Below, piece after piece: positions 13,376 to 25,542 of a DNA stretch of 64,000 nucleotides. The notes under the pieces are model-generated. The model made no database searches, was not told the origin of the DNA, and saw only the letters and a list, made by a program, of their open reading frames with translations. Source of the stretch: Octopus sinensis (taxonomy: Eukaryota); NCBI RefSeq assembly GCF_006345805.1, contig NC_043013.1, forward strand, positions 52,328,001 to 52,392,000, read 5' to 3'. Position 1 is the first letter of the stretch, and each line of letters begins with the position of its first letter. The translations under genes were made by a program, and so were the position numbers.

Positions 13376-14212
13376 ATGGCAGCAACTGTTCTCCGTTGTT
13401 GGAAGGAATCTGCGGCCCTTATAATTGTGAGGCGGCTGAAACCGAAACAATGTTACAAAGAGGTGGCCGCGGTGCCACCGCCTCAAGAAAATACCCCGCG
13501 ACCACCCGAGACGAATTTCCAAGTGTTTATGGCAGAGAGAACTGCTGTCATATCCAATTTCCCCAAAGCTCACGTATTTCCAGGTGGAGCGGCCGAAGAG
13601 GCGGATTTCTCTGCTCAATGGTTGGATGTGCTGAGCATGGGTTCCCTTAAACAAGGTGAAGATCAAACACCCGAAGGTCAAATGGTGAATTTCTTTAAGA
13701 ACAATCGGAGAAAGAATTGTGTTGGTGATAATAACCAAGGGACCCCGATGTACCGGAGACAGAGGTTGCCGGAGTTTAGTGCAATACCCAGCGAAGTGGC
13801 CTTCCGAATCACAGCCATTCGAGAGGTATTCGAAGAAATCGGTGTCTTGTTTGCACGAAAAGCAGAAGAAAATAAAACAGACGAAGACAAAGAGGAATCT
13901 TTTATGCAAAACCACGACACAAGAAATGGACAAGTATTCAGGAGGCGGTGTATACCGAAAATATGTCACCTGCCACTTGATTTGTCGGAATTCTGGAGAC
14001 AAAGTGTTGTGGAGAACCCAGAAAACTTTTTATTCATGTGTAAAGAATTGAAGCTTGTTCCCGACATAACAGCCCTGTCCGAATGGTCCAACTGGTTGAC
14101 GCCAACCCACGCCACAAGTAAACGATTCGACACAGTGTTTTATATAACATTTCTTGATGAACACCAACATCCAAACATACGCTTAGATGGGATGGAATAC
14201 GTCGACTACAAG
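13376..14212 (+). CDS. NUDT19: NUDT19-like acyl-CoA diphosphatase exon 1 (279 codons, split Nudix box)
   Basis: ATG at 13376. Contains W..SAALI, FPGG....DFS, a long insertion, AIREVFEEIGVL, WSNWLTP and RFDTVFY, as in NUDT19. Donor AAG|gttagt at 14212/14213. Confidence 0.92.
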
Positions 14213-16304
14213 GTTAGTGAAAAATACTTTCATAATGGTGATTGTTTGTTCATAGAAATATTAAAAAAAAAAAAAAAAAAAAGAATGCGCTTGCGTGTAT
14301 CTAGGATGTCCGTGGGTGTTGCCCTTAAAATCTTGGCCTGCTAGTTTTCGTCCACTGTTTGATATTTCAAAGTCATTGTCCCTCCTCTTCACTCAAAAAT
14401 TTAGTAAACATATTATTCTACCAAAAAATATTTAATTCTTCAGTTTAATTAATATTGGATTGGTATAAAGACAAACAATGTGTGCGTGTGTGTGTGAAGA
14501 TACAATTTCGCTCGTTCGATCTACCGAATAATCTACTCTTGGAATTGGAGTATAGGTGGTCGAGTATTCCCCAGACACGTGTACCCTTAACGTAATTCTC
14601 AGGCAGGATTAGCGTGACTGCCTTGTTATGCAACAGATTGTCCTCATTTCGTTCTTTTCCAACCTTTGCCCTTCAGGGCCCACCCTCTCACCACCCATAC
14701 AGCATTGCAATTTGTACACGTGCATCTTACTCTGTTCTTCACTCAGAGAAATTATCTTATTGTCAGTTAAGGTAATAACTCCCTAAACTTATTCAACCCT
14801 TTTCTAATCCTGGGCCACTACACTTTCTATCTTTACACCCTCCCCAGCTGTTGATTAAGTCACTTACAGAAAAGAAACTACTTTTAAATTGCTACAAAAT
14901 CACTTCCCCTTAATGGTGTTGTGATGGATCACTACTCCACAGCTAAAATATTTATTCAGCATCAGCTTGTCTTCAAATCCACTACAATTCTTGGGCATCA
15001 ATAGATGCACCAGGCTACACTACATCAAGGTATCTACTAACTCCTGTCCTAAATAATGACCGACCCATTTCTCGGATGTTATCAGACTTCTTTCTTCTCT
15101 TCTACTTTCTTCTCTAAGTCAACACTAAGACATTGCAATTCTAAATTTTGGAATTTTTTCCTCTTAATCTTCCAGAGTCTCTGCTATAAATACTATGTCG
15201 TCCTTATAGATGAGCCCCCACGGGCAGTCTGTCTTAAACTACTACAAATTATTAAAGATGTCTTAAAGAATTTTCTTTGTCTTCTTCTTATCATTTGATA
15301 CATATCATCATCATCGTCGTTTAACATCTGATTTCCATGCTGGCATGGGTTGGACGATTTGACTGAGGTCTGGCAAACCAGATGGCTGCAACAGGCTCCA
15401 ATCTGATCTGGCTGGATGCCCTTCCTAACGCCATTGGCTTGGAGGCCAGCTTGTTGCTCTGGCCCCGATCTCACTGTATGGTTTTCTTAGCACTCCACTA
15501 GCATGGAGGCCAGTCATCGAATTTGATTTCGATATCGATTTCACTTGCCTCAACAAGTTTTCACAAGCAAGTATGTATACAAGTCACCAACTAGAAAAAG
15601 ACGCCAATGTCTAAAATCTACCTCAAGTTATCATTGTAGCGAGCAACAAGCTAGTCGTAAAAGGCAATGGTCATGATTGGTTAAAATTACTGCCCATATT
15701 AGAATTCTAAACTTTCATTAAAGAGAATTCTTTCATGAAATACGGTTCTTAGAATTCAGGTATGAGCAGTTTTAAAAACCCTGATTTTTGGGAAATTAAT
15801 CAGTTGGTTGTTACTAAACTCCACAACACTCACAATAGTGATGTTTGATTATCAATAGACTTCACGACACTTAGACTAGTATTCGTTGGTCGTAATTCTC
15901 TATGACAAATTGCCTTACTCCTAAATGTACTGTAAATATTAAATGTACATAAATAAACCAATGTAGTAAATATTTTCTCTTTCTTCACTTCTTTCCAACC
16001 TGTTAATGAAATTTATTTCTGCAATTATGAAACTGTTTTTATAGCGGTGAAAAAGAACACAAACTTATCTTCAACATACATGCACATTCAACATGTCCTT
16101 TCAAATGTATTGATATATATACTTTTCACTACGGCATTTATGTAGCTTGAGTTAGGATTTATGTTTAGTGATAGCACTTATAATTAAGTTATAAGTGATG
16201 GGTTTATCAATATAGATTCTTAAGAGATAAAATATATTTATTATCTATCTCAGTAGAAAGCATATAAATAAGACATTACAAAAGTGGTACCCAATCAGCC
16301 GTTG

Positions 16305-16784
16305 TATCACCACAAAGTATAAACACACATGCAAATAAATGAAACAGATTCATCAAGTGGTTCTTTTTCTATCATCAGTGTTATATAAACCAATCAATGC
16401 AGATAAATACAAACAAAATATACACCCATGAAACAGAATGGTTCCACAGCGCAAATACACTGTTTGTGCTTATATACAAAACAAAAATTCAAAATCTCGT
16501 TTCATTTATTTCAATCACATGTTAATAATATTTGGTTAATAATATTTGGTTAATAATATTTGGTTATTAACATGTGATTGAAATAAATGAAACGAGATTT
16601 TTGAATTCTTATTCTGTATACAGGCGCAGGAGTGGCTGTGTGGTAAGTAGCTTGTTTACCAACCACATGGTTCCGGGTTCAGTCCCACTGCGTGGCACCT
16701 TGGGCAAATGTCTTCTACTATAGCCTCGGGCCGACCAAAGCCTTGTGAGTGGATTTGGTAGACGGAAACTGAAAGAAGCCTGTC

Positions 16785-16823
<39 letters not shown>

Positions 16824-17255
16824 TGTGTGTGTTTGTGTGTCTGTGTTTGTCCTCCTAGCATTGCTTGACAACCGATGATGGTGTGTTTACGTCTCCGTTA
16901 CTTAGCAGTTCGGCAAAAGAGACCGATAGAATAAGTACTGGGCTTACAAAAGAATAAGTCCCGGGGTCGAGTTGCTCGATTAAAGGCGGTGCTCCAGCAT
17001 GGCCGCAGTCAAATGACTGAAACTAATAAAAGAGTATATAAGTTCAAACGGTGTATTTGTGCTGTGGAGCCGTTCTGCTTCATGGGTGTGTATTTTGTTT
17101 GTGTTGATATGCATTGATTGGGTTATATTACATTGATGACAGAAAAAGGGATTACCCCCTAATCTTGAAAGCAATTGATGTGTAATTGAACCATTTCATG
17201 AATCTGTTTCATTTATTTACACATGTTCAGCATGGGTTTATACTTTATGGTGATA
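16305..17255. repeat. Long foldback palindrome centred ~16552, interrupted by a SINE
   Basis: Central ~45-bp stem (16484-16545 vs 16565-16610). Outer arms 16305-16480 and 17035-17255 are reverse complements. Confidence 0.85.
16622..17035 (+). mobile_element. tRNA-derived SINE family A (TGGCTGTGTGGTAAG...GGTTCAGTCCCACTG...), representative copy
   Basis: A/B-box-like head with a non-tRNA body. Other approximate copies: 2330-2480(-), 8320-8480, 11540-11650(-), 18355-18450, 26580-26750, 28765-28925(-), 32890-33050, 34310-34435, 39955-40040(-), 45705-45850(-), 48180-48330(-), 52757-52915, 62150-62300(-). Confidence 0.8.
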
Positions 17256-17452
17256 TTTTAAGGTAGATTTTAGACATTGGCAACTTGTGTACGTATTCTG
17301 TTGCCCTTGATAGATATTTATAAATTGATTAATTTAACCTTAACTGGTTGATTGCATGCTAACTCCCTGATAAAATCTAATATAGATTTTATCCTTAATT
17401 TTAATATAATTTTGATATAATGTGTATCATCTTCTTTTATATTCCTGTCCAG

Positions 17453-17645
17453 TGGTTAACACCAATGGAATATTTCTCACAGAAACTTCATATTTTCCCT
17501 CCGCAATTATGGGAGATCTACCACCTGAACTCCTCCAGCTGGGAAGACCTTCACAATTCGGTCACCTCGATTCCCTATTTACAACCCAAGAGATTCTTAC
17601 CTGTGAAAATCAATTGCAAAGATGGGGTATTGGTTTTTTTACCAG
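17453..17645 (+). CDS. NUDT19: NUDT19-like exon 2
   Basis: Pyrimidine tract and ccag|TGG acceptor. Encodes WLTPMEYFSQKLHIFPPQLWEIYHL...VLVFLP(G). Donor CCAG|gtaat. Phase 0 start matches exon 1. Confidence 0.88.
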
Positions 17646-19254
17646 GTAATTTCTTTTTTTTTTTTTATATTTATATATTAGTTATTTTCCTGTTGAGAAC
17701 ATTTCTTCTTCTCATCTCAGTTCCTGGTTCACCCTTGGTTGCAACAATAAGGTTTCAGTATGACAGGATTTGGTTAGTTGCAGGGCTTCCTTGAGTTTCC
17801 ATACCATCTTCGGCATACCCTTCTTAACACCAACCACTCCACAGTGTGTACTGGGTGCTGTCTTTGCATCATTGGTAATACTGAGGTCACAAAGTCGCTT
17901 GCAATAGAGGAAAAGAGCAGGAAAATGAAAAAGATTTTAAAAAAGCCCCCTTGACAAAGTGGCAGGAGCGGGAGCAAGGCTTCATACCAGATGTTAAGAG
18001 ATTAAACTATGAGAGTAAGAAACACAGGTGTCTTGGTATAAGGGAGATACATGACTACCTGTGTTTTAGAAGATAAGATGGGAGCCAGAGCCAGCCCTCA
18101 AGGGGTACATGTGGTGGAATTAATTAGCTCTGTGCAAAAAAATGCTGCAATATTTTCAGTGGGTTGCACTCACCCCACACAATTGCTGACCTTGTGCTAA
18201 AATTTGAAACCAATGTTTTGAGGGTCATAGCACAACCTGTCACTGGTGCAGGAATATTCCATGTCAATACCGTTTTGTAAAGGTCTGCTGTAGACATTGT
18301 TATATAATCTGTCATCAGCTTTAGAAGATGTTTGTAAAACTCTTATTCATAATCACCCATGGGTGTGTGGTGAAGAAGCTCTCTTCCCAGCCATGTGGTT
18401 CCGGGTTTAGTCCCACTGTGTTGCACCTTGGGCGAGGGTCTTCAACAATATATATATATGGAGGCGCATGGCTTAGTGGTTAGGGTGTCAGCACTATGAT
18501 TGTTAGATTGTGGTTTCAGTTCCTGGACTGGGTGACACGTTGTGTTCTTGAGCAAAACACTTCATTTCACATTGCTCCAGTCCACTCAACTGGCAAAAAT
18601 GAGTAACACTGCGATGGACTGGCGTCCAGTCCAGCTGGGGACACATACGCCATAGAAACCAGGAAACCGGGCCCATGAGCCTGACTAGGCTTTAAAAGGG
18701 CGCATTTATTTTATATATATATATATATATATATAGAGTGAGAGAGAGAGAGAGATAGATTAGACAGGTATTCTCAGTACTGAATACCCTTCGTAATGCT
18801 TAAGAGATTTGAACTTGACTATGTAGAGGAGGAAATGTAAGGACAAGCAAGTTAGGTAAGTCGATTTACACAGAATATTAAACACATTTAATACAAAAAA
18901 TGTACATATATATACATATAAAAGAAGTCCGACTCACACAGAATAGCAATGATATCCGGAATTAAAAGGGTTGAGTAAGACTTTTATGAGCCCAACAGCT
19001 GTTTCTTGGGGCTTGGTGGTCCAAAATCATTCCATCTTTAAAATACATTTTGTCAATGTCTCAAATGTAAAATTCATCCCTGAAAATGGAGGCTGGTATT
19101 ATCCGATGATGAAATCAATCTACAATCATTATTTTGGATCACCAAAACCCCAGAAACAGCTATTTGATTTGTGAAACTCTTATTCAACTTCTTTACTCCC
19201 TCATATCATTTCTATTCTATGTAAACCGGGCTTTTATGTATATATATATATATA

Positions 19255-19485
19255 TTGGGATGGTACATAATTATTGCGGTTTTTTTCAACATTTTATTCC
19301 ACAAAAACAATAACAGCAATGTAACAAAAACATCTTTAAAGGATTATTCCGGAGCATATTCACCATCTACTTCAATTACTGCTTCCCATTTGCTTGGCAG
19401 ACGGTCAGACCATCATTTAAAGATTTTTTGTTAAATATTATTGTTTTTGTTGAAAAAAAGCTGCAATAATTATGCACCGACCCAA
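19255..19485. mobile_element. Tc1/mariner-type MITE
   Basis: TIR TTGGGATGGTACATAATTATTGC / GCAATAATTATGCACCGACCCAA, flanked by TA. Confidence 0.75.
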
Positions 19486-19549
19486 TACATATGTACATTG
19501 TTTTTATATCGACTTGCCTAGCTCGCGTCCTTACATTTATTCATATGTA

Positions 19550-20117
19550 TTAGGTTGTCCGGAAAGTTCATGCTGATTTTTAAAGGAAAGAAAAAAGTCA
19601 ATAAATACTTGCCATTACATTTTTAATCAACCAAATATGAACCATTTTGTTGCACAATGCGTCTCCATCTTTCCTTTAACTTGAAAATACCCTCTTCCCA
19701 GAATTGATATGGTTTCATGGCAAAGAATTCATCAAGGTATCTTTTTTTACGTCATTCAAGGAAGTGAAATTTTTACCATTAAGACTATTCTGCAGAGACC
19801 TGAATAAGTGGAAATCCAAAGGAGCAATATCTGGTGAATATGGAGGGTGGGGTAACACATCCCAGCCGAGCTGCAGCAATTTTTGTCTGTTTCCTAAAGT
19901 ATCAAGTGCCGAAAATGAACTTTCTTATCTTTCATTTTAAAGGGTTACATAATTAACACAGGTAATAGGAACATAAATCTTCTTCCGTGAAAAGATAGCT
20001 TAAACTGTGCTCTAAATGGAGGTGTAGTTAAATCCTATTTTATGGACTCAACCATGTTCTAAAATAAGTCGAAAGGTAAGCTACTATAAATCGGCACAAA
20101 CTTTCCGGACAACCCAA
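19550..20117 (-). mobile_element. Internally deleted mariner element
   Basis: TIR TTAGGTTGTCCGGAAAGTT / AACTTTCCGGACAACCCAA with TA flanks. The - strand encodes the mariner C-terminus LGWDVLPHPPYSPDIAPLDFHLFRSLQNSL. Confidence 0.88.
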
Positions 20118-20882
20118 TATATATATGTGTATGTCTGTGACCTGCTGTTGGTCATTTCAAATGGACCGACAATGTTAGTTCTATAGAGTTATTCCCTTTA
20201 CATCACTGTCTTTGAATGTGTCAAACCGTCAATGCTGTTCTTTCGTGATAGCAACGATGATTCTGAACTCCCTGGTGTATGTGTTTGTGTGTGTGTATAC
20301 GTAAATGACCGTCAATGGCTATCGTATTTAATGTCATAATAAAAGACCTTAATTCCTAATTAGGTTGTGTCTGTTTTACTAGACGAATTGTTTTATATGT
20401 AATAATTATTATTATTACGGTGAAAATGAATTGATGAAACTTAATTAGTAATTAAGAACTATTTGCTGAGTCATTATGCTCTGTCTGTGATTAAATATCT
20501 TGCTTGGATGAAAGAAGATTGTACTGTCTAAACGCTGTAACTTACCTCTTATATATACAATGTTTTATACATACACTTATACTTTATACATGCTTATTTA
20601 TATATATACACACATATATATATATTCCAAAATGTAGCTACATGTGGATTGCTGGCGATTAATTTCCTCTGTCTTTCTTTTCTCTTGGGCTTTCCTCCGT
20701 CTCCTCTTTCCGAAGAAGAGTTTTGCTCGAAACATAAACACCATTTCTTTCCTTCCCTGAGTGTCTTATTAATTCTTTGCATCTACCATGTCTTCGTATT
20801 GTTTGTTTCTTGTCTTTTTTCTCCATTTTTTATTAATTATATATATATGCATATATACATACATACATATATATATATATAT

Positions 20883-20914
<32 letters not shown>

Positions 20915-21009
20915 GAGACGGAGAGAATGATTCAAATAAATAGATAAAACCTTAGATTTTAATGTATAAAAAATATATATACATGTAAAAAATGTGTAGA
21001 TATATATTA

Positions 21010-21310
21010 TCATCATCATCGTTTAACGTCCGTTTTCCATGCTGGCATGGTTTGGACGGTTCAACTGGGGTCTGGGAAGCCAGGAGGCTGTACCAGGCTC
21101 CAGTCTGATCTGGCAGTGTTTCTACAGCTGGATGCCCTTCCTAATGCCAACCACTCCGAGAGTGTAGTGGTTGCTTTTTACGTGCCACCAGCACGGGAGT
21201 CAGTCAAGGTGGTGCTTGCATTAGCCACATTCGGATGGTGCTTTTTATGTGCCACTGACACGAGGAGCCAGTCAGTTGGTGCTGGCATCAGCCACGACTA
21301 CAATTTCCAT
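21010..21310 (+). mobile_element. Interspersed repeat family D ((CAT)n-CGTTTAACGTCC...CATGCTGGCATGG), representative copy
   Basis: Other approximate copies: 6830-7000, 10250-10550(-), 15300-15550, 21990-22150(-). Confidence 0.7.
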
Positions 21311-22477
21311 TTGATTGTGGTTTGATTTGATTTTGATATTGATGTACTTGACTAAATAGGTTGATGTACTTGACTCAAGCACAGCATGTCGCCCAATGAT
21401 CCAGAGGTACTATGCTGATGTGTTGAGTAAAGCACTGCTACAGTTTGGGCTACCTGATGTTATCCATAGTTGGGGTACATTTCCTTTGGATCTACTTCAG
21501 GAATTGCGCAGTGTTACGTAGTGTAAAATACGTATATATTCCCTAAATGAAGTGGGCAAGTAACAACATGACTGCTCCAGAATCAAGATCTTTAGCGAGA
21601 CACCACTTTACATATGAATGTACTTGATGTGACCCAGACTGCAAGATTCCTATCAGACCGTCTGATCCATGCCAGCATGGAAAACGGATGCCAAGTGAAA
21701 TCGTAGTCATGCCTGGTGCTGGTGTCACATAACTGGCACCCATGCCAGTAGCACATAAAAAGCACCTTTTGAGGATTGCATCTCACAGAGGCAAAGTGGA
21801 TGGTACTAGGGGCACATGAAAAGATCCTTTCGATTGTTGAAAGTCATGGAGGCAATGACCGAGACCTTTGGCACTATGTCATCCATGGGAAGAAGACCCA
21901 TCAAGCTGAGCAAAATCACAGATGTGGCAGATACTGGTGTCAAGCAAATGGCACCTGTGCCAGTGGCGCATAAAAGCACCCATTACACTCTCAGAGTTGT
22001 TGGCACTAGAAAGGGCATCCAGCTGTAGGAACCAGGTCAAAGCAGACTGGGGACTAGTGCAGCCTTCCAGCTTGCCAGCCCTGGTCAAACCGTCCAACCC
22101 ATGCCAGCATGAACAATGGACGTTAAATGATGATGATGATGATGATGATGATCTATACACACAGACACAGGGACTGGTTGTCTCACAGACTACTGACGGC
22201 TTTCATTAGAATTTAGACAACTTTAATAAGATGATTATCCTGTCTTCACTATCATGCCCTAGGATTGACCCTGTGTACCCTAGACTGCAATGATCTCTTT
22301 GCAGTACCACTGCACAACATCAAAATAATTGCAATATTTCACTGCAACAATTTCTTGTTTTAAAATAACACTTTCTTTAAAACTGGTGTCACTAATTAAA
22401 AAACAAAAAAAGGTGAAGTCCAGCTAAACTTTAGTTGTGTTTGAACTCAGGTCTTCAGTTACAATTTATTCTTGCAG

Positions 22478-22665
22478 GTGACTACCTCTACCCTGAGAAG
22501 CCAAACGAAGAAGAGTATGAAGAATTGTTTTTACCTTTCACCAGGGATGAGATCCGTTCGTCTGGTAATTTTCTGAATCATCTTGATCCGAAAGAGAACT
22601 GGATTTATCGAACTGTTCCACTATCCCTAGTAGGGCACGCAGAGTGCCTCACGAGTCGTTTATAG
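22478..22665 (+). CDS. NUDT19: NUDT19-like exon 3 (terminal; C-terminal PTS1 -SRL)
   Basis: ttgcag|GT acceptor restores LPGDYLYPE (cf. LPGDELY in mammalian NUDT19). Ends TSRL-TAG. Total CDS is 837+193+188=1218 nt (405 aa). Confidence 0.88.
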
Positions 22666-23243
22666 AATTTAAAGAATGATAAATATAATGGTATGAATTT
22701 TAATTGTCCTTACAAATAAGGGATTGGGGACAGGGGTTTGTTTTCACAGGATTTTCAGGGCAATTTTTGTTTTTTAATTTAAAATACAGATTTGTGCAAC
22801 CTCATAAAATGTATCTCTTCACCAAACAAAAGAAATGAAAATCTTTTACACTCACAGTTTGACATTTTTTGTGAAATGGATAGAATTATTTTTGTTAATA
22901 GATTTGATAAAATGAATTTATTTTTTTATTATATTTTCTCTGTGATATTGAAACGAGCTGAAAGAGAAAAACTAGGAATGGGTGATGTCGGATGTAGTGC
23001 TTAAGGGAGGAGATGGGGCTGCATACATCCCTGAATCAAAGGGAGAAATACCTCTAAGCATTTCGCATGGTTGTTTGGTAAAAGAAAAGCTACGTGATTT
23101 AAACAGATGAAATCTGCAAGAGAGGGACATGGAGAGGGACCAGGAAAGAAGTGGAAAAAGAAGGTATCCCTCAAGGTGGTTGAACTTCAAATGGTGAAGG
23201 GTTGTGTTGGAGAACATCTGTCCAATCCATGTAAACATGGAAG

Positions 23244-23260
23244 AATAAAATGGTATTAAA
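23244..23260 (+). terminator. Candidate polyadenylation signals for NUDT19
   Basis: AATAAA (23244-23249) followed by ATTAAA (23255-23260), ~580 nt after the stop. Position only; the background is AT-rich. Confidence 0.25.
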
Positions 23261-23922
23261 ATAATGGCAAGCTAGCAGAATTCTTACTGTACTAGACAGA
23301 ATGGTTGGCACCATTTTGCTTTTGGTCATACCTGATTATGTTCTGAGCTGAAATGCTGCTGAGGTCGACTTTACCTCTCATTCAATAAGGGTCAATAAGA
23401 TATGTACAAGTTGAGTACTGGAGGGGGGGGGGGGTCAATGTAATCAACTTCTCCACCCATAAAAATTGCTGGCTTGTGCTAAAATAAGGAGGGATTATTA
23501 TTATTATTATTATTATTATTATGAGCTGGCAGAATTGTTTGAGCATCAGAAATATATACCTTGTGGTATTTGTTCCTACGTTTTACATTCTGAATTCAAA
23601 TCCCATCACGATTAACCTCACTTTTTAGAGTTGATAGAATGAAGTACCAGTCATATACTGGGGTCAACGGAATCAACTAAATCCCTCCTTTTGAAATTGT
23701 TGTCTCTGTGACTAAACCAGAAACCATTTATTATTATTATTAGTAGTAGTAGTAATAGATTGTTAGACGTTGGTAGAGGGTAGAACTAAATAAGTTGCTG
23801 AATGTTGTTGTAGCCTTATACATCCTGAGTTCAAACCCAGAATTTGAACTCAAAATGTAGCAATGGGCGAAATACCGCTAAGCGTTTCATCCAACATGCT
23901 AACGATTCTGCCAGCTTGTCAC

Positions 23923-23958
<36 letters not shown>

Positions 23959-24069
23959 TAATAATAATAATGGTTTCAAATTCTGTGACAAGGCCAGTAA
24001 TTTCAGGGGTGGAGGTCAGTGCTGTATGGGTTATTTATTTCATGAACCCTGAAATGGTGAAAGACAAAG

Positions 24070-24522
24070 TCAACTGTGGCAGAATTTGAACTCAAAATGA
24101 AAAGACAGATGAAAGGCCACGGAGCATGTCGCCCGGTGCCCTACCGATTCTGCTAGCTTGCCATCTTGGATCATATCAAATATTAAAAGAAAAACACAAG
24201 ACAAAAATGTTTTTTTTTTGTTATTTTGGTTATTTTGTTTTTCATATTTTTTTTTTTTGAAATTATTCAAATATTTTCTTCCATCACTGCTCAACTTTTC
24301 ACGGAGTCTTTTCTGGTTGTTGGCCAACTCCTGTCCATGGAGAATCCATGTAATGTTGCCATCACAAAGGATCCATGGATGACAGAGTACGTCAACAGCT
24401 GTGTAACGCCGTCTTCGGTCGACCACTAGAAGATGTCGAATGAGACCTTTAGCATCTGCAAATGTTCAAAGAGAAACCATTCATTTTTAGAACCCTTTTC
24501 ACCTGTCTGAGGAAGGAACAGC

Positions 24523-24557
<35 letters not shown>

Positions 24558-25542
24558 GCTATTGTCCACACATTGTTCGTTCCACCAACAAACTACAATA
24601 CTAACACGTTCAAATCTACTCCCTGTGTCCCCTCCACTTCCTGTTACTACCACAGCTTCTCCATCACCCTTGTCCAAACTTGCCGGATGTTTCAAGCCTC
24701 TTTCCATCTACTGTGTATTGTTTCTGGAACCATGTGTTAATGTAGCCAATCCTTTCTCCCCAATCCTGCCACCCACTGGAACTCAATCAGCCTCACCAGT
24801 CGTGGCACTCCATTGGTTACGACCACGAGGGTTCCAGTTGATCCGATCAACAGAACAGCCTGCTTGTGAAATTAGCATGTAAGTGGCTGAGCACTCCACA
24901 GACACGTGTACTCTTAATATAGTTCTTGGGGAGATTCAGCATGACACAGAGTGTGACAAGGCTGTGTGTAATGTGGAACGTATATACATATATATATATA
25001 TATATGCATACACATATACATATGTGTGTGCGCATATAATTTTCCTTTTTATCATATTTTATTCATCAGCTCCTCTAAATATTGTATGTATCTATCAACA
25101 GATGTATGTGTATATATGTATAAACACACACCTGCATGTGTTTGTGTATAAATAGATGTATGTGTGTGTTTAAGTAGATGTATATATTTGTATAAATACA
25201 TACTTTGTGTGTGCATGTATGTATAAACACATGCCTGTGTGTAAATGTGTGCTCACACACACACACACACACACGTATTTGTAAATTGTTAAGCATGTGT
25301 CACATCAGTGTGTATTAAATGCAAACAACAATTCCACCCTGTCGTCCCCACCCCTTCATCCACAACCACCACCACCACCACCCTCATCCCATATAAGGGC
25401 ATTACTGACCTTCTTGTGTTAGGATCTCTGGTGCCACATATGTTGGTGTGCCACACACCGTATAAATGTCTTCTGTTATTTCCATAGCCAAACCAAAGTC
25501 TGCCAACTTCAGCTTCAAGAAACCACCTTTGTTCCAGTAAAC
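24070..25542 (-). pseudogene. DCLK3: Partial inverted DCLK3 copy: exon A' (25410-25542) and exon C' (24455 downward); exon B deleted, 5' exons absent
   Basis: Both exons keep their splice sites. A 1-nt loss in the A-run near 24247-24258 removes the normal stop and extends the frame to 24070. No GYGLEVDMW exon lies between them. Confidence 0.88.

Noticed and set aside
13322-14002. 226-aa - strand ORF overlapping NUDT19 exon 1
   Set aside because: Antisense shadow of a coding exon; no domain features.
14213-14344. C-terminal part of the 322-aa ORF (VSEKYFH...KKKKKKRMRL...)
   Set aside because: Read-through into intron 1 past a good donor (AAG|gttagt); homology continues in exon 2.
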